From the NCBI GenBank assembly GCA_964534375.1, contig CAZHPN010000152.1, positions 1-15,199 on the forward strand: a stretch of DNA of 15,199 nucleotides, given 5' to 3'. The stretch is from an uncultured bacterium. GTDB lineage: Bacteria; Lernaellota; Lernaellaia; Lernaellales; Lernaellaceae. The notes under the pieces were generated by a model, which saw nothing but the letters and a program-made list of their open reading frames with translations, was not told the origin of the DNA and made no database searches. The first letter of the stretch is position 1, and each line of letters begins with the position of its first letter. Below, in pieces: positions 1 to 8,217 of the stretch. The position numbers and the translations under genes were made by a program.

Positions 1-88
1 CGATGGCCAGAACGTTGAGCTGCGGGTCCAGCACGAACGCCCGCGAACCGGTCGTGCCTTGGTCGATCGCCAGAATCAGGTCGCGCAT
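1..88 (-). CDS. glpK: Glycerol kinase, N-terminal fragment (runs off the left edge)
   Basis: Reverse strand from ATG at 88 reads MRDLILAIDQGTTGSRAFVLDPQLNVLAI. IDQGTTxSRA is the FGGY/glycerol kinase phosphate-1 motif. AAGGAG RBS at 100-95. Not in the supplied ORF track. Confidence 0.88.
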   Translation of the reverse strand, partial: MRDLILAIDQGTTGSRAFVLDPQLNVLAI

Positions 89-116
89 GCGAGGCTCCTT
101 TTTCAGGGTTGCGGCT

Positions 117-145
117 TTTTTAGCACCGGCGGGGGAGGGGTTCAA
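117..145 (-). promoter_or_regulatory. Candidate sigma70 promoter for glpK
   Basis: Minus strand TTGAAC (145-140), 17-nt spacer ending in TGC, then TAAAAA (122-117): an extended -10-like arrangement. Confidence 0.4.
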
Positions 146-154
146 CTGGTGAAC

Positions 155-257
155 GGGATTCGGGATTCGGGGTTCGGCAATTGGCGAATGGCGAATGGCG
201 AATGCGGAATTTCCGGCCGGCCGGTCCGCGTTCGGCATTCCGCATTCCGCATTCCCA
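155..257. repeat. Tandem 7-nt repeats arranged as an imperfect inverted repeat
   Basis: Left arm 155-210: GGGATTC GGGATTC GGGGTTC GGCAATT GGCGAAT GGCGAAT GGCGAAT GCGGAAT. A 12-nt core follows. Right arm 223-257: GGTCCGC GTTCGGC ATTCCGC ATTCCGC ATTCCCA. ATTCCGC is the reverse complement of GCGGAAT. Confidence 0.9.
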
Positions 258-259
258 CA

Positions 260-289
260 GTTGACCTGCGGTCAACGGTGGTACATGCT
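260..289 (+). promoter_or_regulatory. Candidate promoter with perfect palindrome GTTGACC-N3-GGTCAAC over the -35
   Basis: TTGACC 261-266, 17-nt spacer, CATGCT 284-289. Palindrome spans 260-276. AGGAGG RBS at 301-306. Confidence 0.45.
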
Positions 290-311
290 TTCGCCCGCAA
301 AGGAGGCCGCC

Positions 312-635
312 ATGCCCGACGACAAACAGCCGGAAAAACAGCCAAAGGAACCGTTAAAATTGGAGATCAAGGTCGACGACGCCATCGCCAGCGGCGTGTA
401 CGCCAACCTGTGCATCGTCAACCATTCCGATTCCGAATTCGTGCTCGATTACGTGTTTATCCAGCCGGGCCGGCCGAAGGCGAAAGTGGCCAGCCGGATC
501 ATCATGTCGCCGAAAAACGCCAAGCGCCTGTTTCTCCTGCTCGATCAACAGGTGAAGGCCTTCGAGAAACGCTTCGGCGTGCTGGACATCTCGCCGCCGC
601 ACCCCTCGCAACCGCCGGTTCTGGAAGTGAATTAG
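312..635 (+). CDS. DUF3467-like small protein (107 aa)
   Basis: AGGAGG precedes ATG 312. Sequence GVYANLCIVNHSDSEFVLDY...KVASRIIMSPKNAKRL...FEKRFG matches the DUF3467 pattern as I recall it. Confidence 0.8.
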   Translation: MPDDKQPEKQPKEPLKLEIKVDDAIASGVYANLCIVNHSDSEFVLDYVFIQPGRPKAKVASRIIMSPKNAKRLFLLLDQQVKAFEKRFGVLDISPPHPSQPPVLEVN

Positions 636-638
636 GGG

Positions 639-1319
639 ATGGATGAGGAAAAGAAATCCGCGCCCGCGACGTGGCGAGTGCGGCTGCGCAACTATCTGCT
701 GACCGGCCTGCTGGTCGTTGTGCCGCTGGCGGCGGCGATGTACGTGCTGCGGATCGTGCTCGACATTGCCGACGCGACGCTGCAATGGTTGCCGCAATCG
801 GTCCGGCCGGAGAAGCTGCTGCACATTCGCATCCCCGGCCTGTTCGGCCTGATCCTCACGTTTCTATTGCTGGTGCTCATCGGCTTCCTGGCGCGAAATT
901 ATTTCGGCCAGCGGCTGGTTCGCTTTTACGAGAGCATCCTCAACCGGATTCCCGTCATCGGCTCCGTGTATTCCGCGGCGAAGCAATTGACCACGGCGAT
1001 TTTTTCGTCCGACGAGCAGCGCTTCTCGCGCGTCGTGCTGGTCGAATTTCCGCGCGTCGGGATGCACTCGGTCGCGTTCGTCACCGCGGAGGACGCCGGC
1101 CGCCTGGCGCAGCCGCACGACAAACCGTGCTGCGCCGTGTTCGTGCCGACCGCGCCGAACCCCACCTCCGGCTATTTTCTGATCGTGCCGCGCGACCAGA
1201 CCATCGCCACCGACCTGACGGTCGACGAGGCGTTCCGCATGATCGTTTCCGCCGGCATGGTCGAGCCGGAGCGCCGCCCCGCCGCCCCCGCCCCGGCCGC
1301 CGACGCGGCCAAGGACTAA
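639..1319 (+). CDS. DUF502 family membrane protein
   Basis: Two N-terminal hydrophobic helices (NYLLTGLLVVVPL; IPGLFGLILTFLLLVLIGF), then RIPVIGSVYSAAKQ, VVLVEFPR and the VFVPTAPNPTSGY signature. Confidence 0.9.
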   Translation: MDEEKKSAPATWRVRLRNYLLTGLLVVVPLAAAMYVLRIVLDIADATLQWLPQSVRPEKLLHIRIPGLFGLILTFLLLVLIGFLARNYFGQRLVRFYESILNRIPVIGSVYSAAKQLTTAIFSSDEQRFSRVVLVEFPRVGMHSVAFVTAEDAGRLAQPHDKPCCAVFVPTAPNPTSGYFLIVPRDQTIATDLTVDEAFRMIVSAGMVEPERRPAAPAPAADAAKD

Positions 1320-1326
1320 CCCCGCC

Positions 1327-2565
1327 ATGCCGCCGGCGACGTTCGGCTGGGCGGCGCTGCTCTTCGTCGCGCTGCTGTTGAACGTCGTCGTCCTGCTGCA
1401 CTTGAGCCTCGTCTCGGTGCGGCGCATTACGCTGACCGTGGCCGCGCTGCTCGGCCGCGCGCCGGCGCCCGCGCCGCCGCTCGACCCGCCGCCGCGTCTG
1501 ACCGTGCTCGTGCCGTGCCATGACGAGGCCGCGGCGTTGCCGGCGGCGCTGGCGGCGTGGGATGCGGTCGATTATCCGCGCGACCGCTTGCGGCTGGCGT
1601 TCATCGACGACGCCAGCGCCGACGGCACAGCGCGCCTGCTGGAAGATTTCACCGTGGCGCGCGCGTGGACGACGCTGGTGCGCCGCGCCGGCCCGGCCAT
1701 CGGCAAGGGCGCCGCGCTGCAAGCCGGGTTAGCGGCGGACCCGGACGGCGAGGCGGTCGCGGTGTTCGACGCCGACGCGCGCCCGGCGCCGGATTGCCTG
1801 CGCCGGCTCGTGGCGCCGCTCGCCGACCCGGTCGTCGCCGCCGTCGCCGGGCGGATGATCCCCGACGCCGACGACCGGCCCGCGGCCGTTTACGCCGCGC
1901 TCGAAGCCGCCGTGCACCAGCGGCTGACGATGACCGGCGCCGCGCGGCTCGGCGCGACCACGGCGCTGCTCGGCTCGGCCTACCTCGTGCGCCGCGCGGC
2001 GCTCGACGAACTCGGCTTCGACCCGACGCACCGGCTCGAGGACATCGACCTGTCGCTGCGCCTGCTGGCTCGCGGCCGGCGCTTGGCGTGGGCGCCGGCG
2101 GCGTGCTGTTGCCACCGGCCGCCGGCTGACGGGCGCGCGTTTCTCGCGCAGCGGACCGCGTGGTCGCGCGGGTTCCATCAGGTTGCGCGGCGACGGTTGC
2201 GCGGGGCGGTGCGCGCGACGCCGTCGGCCTGGCTGGCAATCGACCGCGGCCTGTTCTGCGCGGGTTATCTGGATCGTTTTTCGTTCCTGCTCGGGTGCGG
2301 GCTCGCTGTCGCCGCCGTACGGCTGCCGTCGTTGTGGATGCCGTGGCAATATTTGCTGGCCGTCGCCGCGCTGCCGGTGCTGCAGGCGCCGCTGGCGATG
2401 GCGGCCGACGGCTGGCCGCCACGCCGGATGGCGCGGGCGGTTCCAGCGCTGGCGCTGGCGGCGGTCGACGCGGCGGCCGAACTGGTGGCGCTGCTGGCGG
2501 ATCTCGCGGGCCGGCCGCGCCGCTGGCATCGTCACCGCCGCGTGGGAGAGGAGAGCCGGCCGTGA
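1327..2565 (+). CDS. GT2 glycosyltransferase, cellulose-synthase/PgaC-like, with N- and C-terminal TM segments
   Basis: Motifs VLVPCHDE, IDDASADGT, GKGAAL, FDAD (DxD), EDIDL and QRTAW at the QxxRW position. Confidence 0.85.
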   Translation: MPPATFGWAALLFVALLLNVVVLLHLSLVSVRRITLTVAALLGRAPAPAPPLDPPPRLTVLVPCHDEAAALPAALAAWDAVDYPRDRLRLAFIDDASADGTARLLEDFTVARAWTTLVRRAGPAIGKGAALQAGLAADPDGEAVAVFDADARPAPDCLRRLVAPLADPVVAAVAGRMIPDADDRPAAVYAALEAAVHQRLTMTGAARLGATTALLGSAYLVRRAALDELGFDPTHRLEDIDLSLRLLARGRRLAWAPAACCCHRPPADGRAFLAQRTAWSRGFHQVARRRLRGAVRATPSAWLAIDRGLFCAGYLDRFSFLLGCGLAVAAVRLPSLWMPWQYLLAVAALPVLQAPLAMAADGWPPRRMARAVPALALAAVDAAAELVALLADLAGRPRRWHRHRRVGEESRP

Positions 2566-3449
2566 ACGACATCGTCGGGGCGATCGTCGCCCGCAACGGC
2601 GGCGCCGATTTGGCGGCGGCGGCCGGCGATCTGATCGCGGCGTTCGGCGCGGCCGGCGTGCTGGTGGTCGACAATGCGTCGACCGACGGCGCGCTGCCCC
2701 CGGCCGGCGTTACGATCCGACGTTTGCCGGAAAATCGCGGCTTCGCGGCCGGCGCGAATGCGGCGCTCGCCTGGGCGAAAGAACGCGGCGCGACGGGTCT
2801 GCTGCTGCTCAATCAGGATGCGCGAATCGACCTCGCCGGCGTGCGGCGCCTGACCGAGCTGTTTGGCGCCGACCCGACGCTCGGCGCCGCGTTCGCGAAG
2901 GTCGTGCGTCTCGATCAGCCGTACGTGCTCGCCGGCCTCGCCGGCCGCCGCAATTTCCGGCACAAATTGACGTCGGGCCTCGGCGGCGGCGCGATCGACT
3001 GCGGCGCGCCGGCGACGCCGCTGGCTGTGCCGCACGGCCACGGCGCCGCGCTGCTGCTGCGCGTCGAAGCCGCGCGGGCGGTGGGCGGCTTCGACGAATT
3101 TCTCTTCGCCTATCACGAGGAGGTCGACCTCTGCTGGCGGCTGGCTCGGGCGCATTACGGCATCTGGCTCGAACCGCGCGCCGTCGTGAGGCACCGCGGG
3201 CCCGGCGGCGATCCGGCGCGCCGCGCCGCCAAGGCGTATTTTCTCGGGCGCAACAGCTTGCTCGTGGCGCGCAAAAACGGCGGGGCCGGCGCGTGGCTGC
3301 GCGTCGCGGGTTGGGCCGTCGCCGCGGCGCTGTTATACTACGGCCCGCGCGCGCTCGCCGGCGACGCCGAGGCCCGCGGCTTGTTGGCGGGTTGGCGCGA
3401 CGGCTGGCTGCGGCGTGAGGCCAGCCCCGCCGTGCGTTCGACGCTGTAA
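2562..3449 (+). CDS. GT2 glycosyltransferase (WbbL/RfbF-like)
   Basis: GTG 2562 overlaps the upstream stop (GTGA) and follows GAGGAG. Motifs VVDNASTDG, NRGFAAGAN, LLNQDA, GAALLLR, VGGFDEFLFAYHEEVDLCWR. Confidence 0.85.
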   Translation: MNDIVGAIVARNGGADLAAAAGDLIAAFGAAGVLVVDNASTDGALPPAGVTIRRLPENRGFAAGANAALAWAKERGATGLLLLNQDARIDLAGVRRLTELFGADPTLGAAFAKVVRLDQPYVLAGLAGRRNFRHKLTSGLGGGAIDCGAPATPLAVPHGHGAALLLRVEAARAVGGFDEFLFAYHEEVDLCWRLARAHYGIWLEPRAVVRHRGPGGDPARRAAKAYFLGRNSLLVARKNGGAGAWLRVAGWAVAAALLYYGPRALAGDAEARGLLAGWRDGWLRREASPAVRSTL

Positions 3450-3529
3450 GGTCAAGCGGTGACGAAACCCGAAGCGAAATGGGAGTGCGGCGACGGTCCG
3501 CGGGGCCGCGGCGCAGAAACGGCGGCCGC

Positions 3530-4858
3530 ATGAAAATCGGCTATCCGCGGACCTGGCGGCCGGCGCGCACCTTGCTGCTGGTCACGTGGCTGCTGGCGAC
3601 CGCGAGCTACGGCGCCTTGTTCATCGGCGCAGCGTACGTCGGCCAGGCCATGGCGCCGCAACGGCTGCTGCTCGGCCTGCTGCTGACGCAGGCCTTTCTG
3701 CTGGCGGCCGCCCTGCTCACGCATTGGGACGGCGCGCCGTCGCTGACGCGCCTGGCCGAAACGAACCCGCGCCGGCTGTTCTGGTTTTCGCTGGCGGGCC
3801 AGGGCGCCTTGCTGATCGTGACGGCGCTGGCGATGCGGCCGTGGAACGACGAAGTGTCGAACGTCGAGCAGGCGGTGTTTCTGACGACGCACGGCCTGCG
3901 GGAATGGATCCGGAATTACCGCGCGATCAACGCCTGGATGGGGCCGCACCATCCGCCGTTGCTGGCCTTGATGTACGGCGGCTTCTACGCCCTGGTCGGC
4001 CCGCACCTGCTCGCCGGCCGCCTTCTCAATATTGGTTTTTCGCTGACGGCGCTCGCGGCGGCGGCCCGGCTGGTGCGCCGCGTGACCGATGCGCCGACCG
4101 CCGCGCTCGCTTCGCTGTGCTGGGTGTTTTATCCGCTGTGGCTGTACAACGGCGCCGCCGCGATCATGGAAGGCCCGTTTTTGTTGATCTTCCTGCTGAC
4201 GGCCGACGCGGTGGCCGTGTTCCTGCAGACGCCGTCGACCCGGCGCGCGCTCGCCGTCGGCGGCTGGCTGGCGCTGGCGCTGCTGTGCCGCTACAACGTG
4301 GCGCTGCTGGCCCCGGGCGTGGCGTTGCTGCTGCTGTCGCCCGAGCACCGCGCGGTCCTGAAAAAGCCGGGCACGTGGTGGCTGCTGGGCCTGCCGGCGC
4401 TGCTGTTCGCGCCGTTCCTCGTCGTCGCCGCGAAAACGGGCCTGCTGATGACGCAGGCCGGCAAAATGAAGGGCATGGCGCTGCTGCTCAACCCGGGCGG
4501 CATGTTCTATTTGAAAGAGACCTTGCTGCCGCTCTGGCCGCTGCACGCCGGGGCGCACGTGATCGCCATCGCCGCGCTGAGCCTGCTCGCGTTATGGAAA
4601 GGCGCGGGGCGCAACCCGACGCTGCTGGCGCTGGGCGGCGGCTACCTTTTGTTCGTCCTGATCCTGCTGCCGAATCCGCGTTATCTCTTGCCGGCCGTGC
4701 CGTTTCTCTCGGCCGGCGCGGCGCGCGCGCTACAGGTCGTCGAGCAGCGCGGCGGCGGGGCCGGCGCCGCCTGGGCCGGCATCGCGGCGTCGGCGCTGAC
4801 CCTCGCCGTCGTCGTCATCACCGCGGCGACGTACGACGGCTATTATCCGTTTTATTGA
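3530..4858 (+). CDS. ArnT/PMT-like polytopic GT-C glycosyltransferase
   Basis: Many hydrophobic helices; WNDE acidic motif after an early TM; HHPPL; GRLLN; late PRYLLPAVP motif. Start taken as ATG 3530 (MKIGY...). Confidence 0.75.
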   Translation: MKIGYPRTWRPARTLLLVTWLLATASYGALFIGAAYVGQAMAPQRLLLGLLLTQAFLLAAALLTHWDGAPSLTRLAETNPRRLFWFSLAGQGALLIVTALAMRPWNDEVSNVEQAVFLTTHGLREWIRNYRAINAWMGPHHPPLLALMYGGFYALVGPHLLAGRLLNIGFSLTALAAAARLVRRVTDAPTAALASLCWVFYPLWLYNGAAAIMEGPFLLIFLLTADAVAVFLQTPSTRRALAVGGWLALALLCRYNVALLAPGVALLLLSPEHRAVLKKPGTWWLLGLPALLFAPFLVVAAKTGLLMTQAGKMKGMALLLNPGGMFYLKETLLPLWPLHAGAHVIAIAALSLLALWKGAGRNPTLLALGGGYLLFVLILLPNPRYLLPAVPFLSAGAARALQVVEQRGGGAGAAWAGIAASALTLAVVVITAATYDGYYPFY

Positions 4859-7800
4859 AGCCGGGCCTGGCGCCAGCCGTCGCGAAATTCATCCCAATTG
4901 GCGCGGCGGTTCAGACGGTAGAGCGTGACCTCGCCCTCGATATTGTGCAGCGAGAAACACCCGGCGCGTTCGAACGTGCGGGCGGGCAGGTAATCGCAGA
5001 CCTCGCCGGAAACGTAGATCTCCCCCGGTTCGCAGGCCGACTCGATGCGGGCGGCGAAGTTGACCGTCGGCCCGATCGCGGTGTAGTCCAGCCGTCGCTG
5101 ATTGCCGAAATTGCCGACGACCACCGGGCCGTGGTGGACGCCGATCCGCATGCGCAACGCGTTGCCGCCCCGCTGCCGCCACTGTTCGTTGAGCCGATCC
5201 ATCGCCTGCTGCATCGCGACGGCGCATGACGCCGCCCGCAGCGCCTGCTGCGCCGGCGTCATCGGCAGCGGCGCGCCGAAAATGACCATGATCGAATCGC
5301 CGATGAACTTGTCGATCGTGCCGCCGTGGCGGAAGATCACTTCGATCATCGCATCGAGATACTCGTTGAGCAGCCGCGCCATTTCGTGCGCGCGCAACTC
5401 GCCCGAAGCGCGGACAAAATTTTCGAGGTCGGCAAACAGGATCGTCGCCGGGAGGTTTTGCGGTTTATCCGCCACATCCGACCCGCCCGCGAGGATCTGC
5501 TCGACCAACGGCGGCGGCAGATAACGTTTCAAGACGTTCTCGCGCATGCGCCGATTGAGCGCGTCGATCTCTTTTTCCTGGTGCACCAACCGCAGCAGGT
5601 TGGCGACGCGGGCGGCCAGTTCCTTCGGGTTGAACGGCTTGGCAAGGAAATCCTGCGCGCCCTCCTGCAGGCCCTCGATCTTCAAATCCTCCGAGGTTTT
5701 CGCGGTGAGTACGATCACCGGAATCCGCCGCGTTTCCGGCCGCGCCGCCAGCGCGCGCAGCAGCGCGTAGCCGTCCATTTTCGGCATCATCACGTCGGTG
5801 AGGATCAAGTCCGGCCGCGACTCCTGCGCCTTCCGCAGGCCCTCCTCGCCGTCGCCGGCTTCGAGCAGCCGGAAGCGGCCGCCGAGCGTCTGCGTGAGGT
5901 ACGCGCGCATGTCGCGGCTGTCTTCCACGATGAGCACCGTGTCGGCCCCCTCCGGCGCAGCCGGCGGCGCCGCGGCGCCCGCGCCGTCGGCGGCGGCTTC
6001 GAGCAATTCCGCCGTCGCCAGGGCGGCGGCGCCGGCGGCGTCGGCGGCGGGGGGCGGCCCGCCGTGCGCGTCCGGTCCGGCCGCGGGGCGCGGCGCGTCC
6101 GCTTCCGCGGCGATCTCCTCGGGGGCGAAACGATCCCGGTCCAGCGGCAACGCGACGGTGAATTTCGCGCCCTGGTTGACGACGCTTTCGACCTCGACGC
6201 GGCCGTGATGGAGATCGACGTACTCCTTGACGAGCGCCAGGCCGATGCCGGTCCCGCCGAATTGGCGCGTCGTGGACGCGTCGGCCTGCCGGAAGCGCTC
6301 GAAGACGTACGGCAGTTCGGCGGGCGGAATGCCGACGCCGGTGTCGGCGACGCCGACGAACGCCTCGTGTTCGTGGCGGGAAAGGCGGAGCTGAATTTTG
6401 CCGTCCTCGCCCGTGAACTTGAAGGCGTTGGCGAGCAAGTTGAAGAACACCTTCTCGATTTTCTCGGGGTCGAGCCACGCGTCGAGCGCGGGGCCGTCGT
6501 GGAGAAAATCAAACTGGATGCGCTTGCGCAGGGCCAGCGACTCGAAGGAGGTCGCCGCGGCGCCGAGCATTTTCACCAGATCGACGCGCTGCACCGCGAG
6601 GCGCATCCGGCCGGCTTCGAGCTTCGAAAGATCGAGGAGCTGGTTGATCAACAGCAGCAGGCGTTGCGAATTGCGCAGCATGATCACGCCCTGATCGCGC
6701 GCCAGGGAAAGGACGTTCCCGGGCGCGGCGTTGAGCGCGGCGTTGAGCGGCCCGATGATCAGCGTCAGCGGCGTGCGGAACTCGTGGCTGATGTTTTGGA
6801 AGAACTGCGTCTTCTGGCGATCGAGCTGCTGCAGTTGGACGTTCTTCTTTTTCAGCTCGAGCGTCTTGGCTTCGACTTCCTGCTGCATCTCCGCCGAAAG
6901 ATGCTCGGCCGTGCGGAACGCGCGCGCCTGGCGGATCGCGAGCACCACCGCGTTCAACAAAATCAGAATCAGGCCGCCGTACTGCGCGCGGTTGCCGGGC
7001 ACGGGCAAATTCCAGCCGTGGGCGATGTCGTTGGTCGCGCCCCAGCACATCGGGATCCAACCGCACCAGACCAGCAGGGCCTCCGGCCGCCGGCGGCGCA
7101 GCGCGACGGCCAGCAGCACGGTGATGACGCCGCAGGCGGCGAGCAACGACACGCTGACGATCCGCTCGTGCGCGACCACGGTCGCCGCGTACAGGCTCGA
7201 CGGGGCCAAAATGGGATAGATGATTTCGGCAAGCGCCGCCGCATTGAAAATTCGAATCAGCCGGCGGGGAAATTCCGTGGGGAAAAGTTCGCGGTAGAAC
7301 GCTGGCGTGAAGACGCCGAGCGCCGCCGCCACATACGGCAATTTCAGCGACAGAGCGAAAACGTCATGCGGAGAAAAGGCGCGTTCGAAAAAATAGCTGC
7401 CGGTCGCCATCCGCAGCAGGATGCACAGGCACCACGCCGAGAAATACAGCGACGACCGATCCTCGCGCCGATACGCCCAGATAATGATGTGAAAGCAGAT
7501 CAGCAGCCCATAGACGCCGAGCAGGATCGAATCCCACACGTCGTGCCGCCATTGCCGCGCCCGCAAATCGTCGACGAGGCCCAGGCGCAGATGGTCGAGC
7601 ATGCCGGCCTGGAGCGCCTCGTAGTTCGAACCGCGCACGGCGAGCACGATCTCGCGCCGGCCCGGATCAAGCCGCAGCGGCAGCAGACGCGGCATCATGT
7701 TCGGCTGATGCGGTTCGTCGCGCGCATGCGAGACGAGGCCGTTGACGAACAAGCGCGCGCCGTCGAGATAAACTTCCGAGGCCGAATGAATCGGCGGGAC

Positions 7801-8217
7801 CGCGACGCCCAGCGGCGCCGCGGCCGCGGCGGCCGGCGGCAGCAGCACGCGCAGCCGCAGCCAGCCGTAGCCGAGCCGCGTGCCTTCGCGCGCGTCGAAA
7901 CTGACGCCGGACTCGATCGTTTCCCAGCGCGAATCGTCGAAGTCGGTCTGCGCAAAGGCGGGCTCGTCCTGTTTCCAGGCGAACCGCCATTGGCCGCGCA
8001 GGTCAACCGGACCGTCGGCGGCGAAGTCCCAGTGCGTCAGGTCGATCACGCCGGCCTTCGCCTGCGGCGCACGGTCGCCGGCCGTCAGCGACTGGCAGGC
8101 GACCAGCAACAGCGCGGCGGCCAGCGCCGCCGCCGAGCGGCGCAGGATCGCCGCGGCGCCCCGCGGCGCCCATACCTCGACGCTTCGCCGCCCGACGAAT
8201 CGCGCGAAAATCTGCAT
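4852..8217 (-). CDS. Hybrid receptor: sugar-binding-like/7TM-DISM sensor - HisKA - HATPase - REC - class III adenylate/guanylate cyclase
   Basis: Extracellular GVIDLTHWDF...VDLRGQWRFAW...GYGWLRL; about 7 TM helices; H-box NISHEFRTPL; N/G1/F/G2 boxes NLLANAFKFT, DTGVGI, FERFRQAD, GGTGIGL; REC VED...TDVMMP...LTAK...KPF; cyclase ILFADL, DKFIGD, RIGVHHG, DYTAIGPTVNFAARIE. Start codon is uncertain (ATG 8217 chosen). Confidence 0.9.
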   Translation of the reverse strand: MQIFARFVGRRSVEVWAPRGAAAILRRSAAALAAALLLVACQSLTAGDRAPQAKAGVIDLTHWDFAADGPVDLRGQWRFAWKQDEPAFAQTDFDDSRWETIESGVSFDAREGTRLGYGWLRLRVLLPPAAAAAAPLGVAVPPIHSASEVYLDGARLFVNGLVSHARDEPHQPNMMPRLLPLRLDPGRREIVLAVRGSNYEALQAGMLDHLRLGLVDDLRARQWRHDVWDSILLGVYGLLICFHIIIWAYRREDRSSLYFSAWCLCILLRMATGSYFFERAFSPHDVFALSLKLPYVAAALGVFTPAFYRELFPTEFPRRLIRIFNAAALAEIIYPILAPSSLYAATVVAHERIVSVSLLAACGVITVLLAVALRRRRPEALLVWCGWIPMCWGATNDIAHGWNLPVPGNRAQYGGLILILLNAVVLAIRQARAFRTAEHLSAEMQQEVEAKTLELKKKNVQLQQLDRQKTQFFQNISHEFRTPLTLIIGPLNAALNAAPGNVLSLARDQGVIMLRNSQRLLLLINQLLDLSKLEAGRMRLAVQRVDLVKMLGAAATSFESLALRKRIQFDFLHDGPALDAWLDPEKIEKVFFNLLANAFKFTGEDGKIQLRLSRHEHEAFVGVADTGVGIPPAELPYVFERFRQADASTTRQFGGTGIGLALVKEYVDLHHGRVEVESVVNQGAKFTVALPLDRDRFAPEEIAAEADAPRPAAGPDAHGGPPPAADAAGAAALATAELLEAAADGAGAAAPPAAPEGADTVLIVEDSRDMRAYLTQTLGGRFRLLEAGDGEEGLRKAQESRPDLILTDVMMPKMDGYALLRALAARPETRRIPVIVLTAKTSEDLKIEGLQEGAQDFLAKPFNPKELAARVANLLRLVHQEKEIDALNRRMRENVLKRYLPPPLVEQILAGGSDVADKPQNLPATILFADLENFVRASGELRAHEMARLLNEYLDAMIEVIFRHGGTIDKFIGDSIMVIFGAPLPMTPAQQALRAASCAVAMQQAMDRLNEQWRQRGGNALRMRIGVHHGPVVVGNFGNQRRLDYTAIGPTVNFAARIESACEPGEIYVSGEVCDYLPARTFERAGCFSLHNIEGEVTLYRLNRRANWDEFRDGWRQARLQ

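Noticed and set aside
155..257. Possible CRISPR array
   Set aside because: The units are contiguous 7-mers with no spacers, and there are no cas genes in the window.
195..311. N-terminal extension of the DUF3467 ORF (MANAEF...GIPHSAF) and ORFs 59..646 and 142..345
   Set aside because: These are translations of the heptamer repeat. A strong AGGAGG supports ATG 312 as the real start.
3450..3529. Possible c-di-GMP-I (GEMM) riboswitch (GAAACCC...GAAA...GGGA)
   Set aside because: The GAAA is not closed by a proper stem, and the GCAAA and tetraloop-receptor elements are missing. An Infernal/Rfam scan would settle it.
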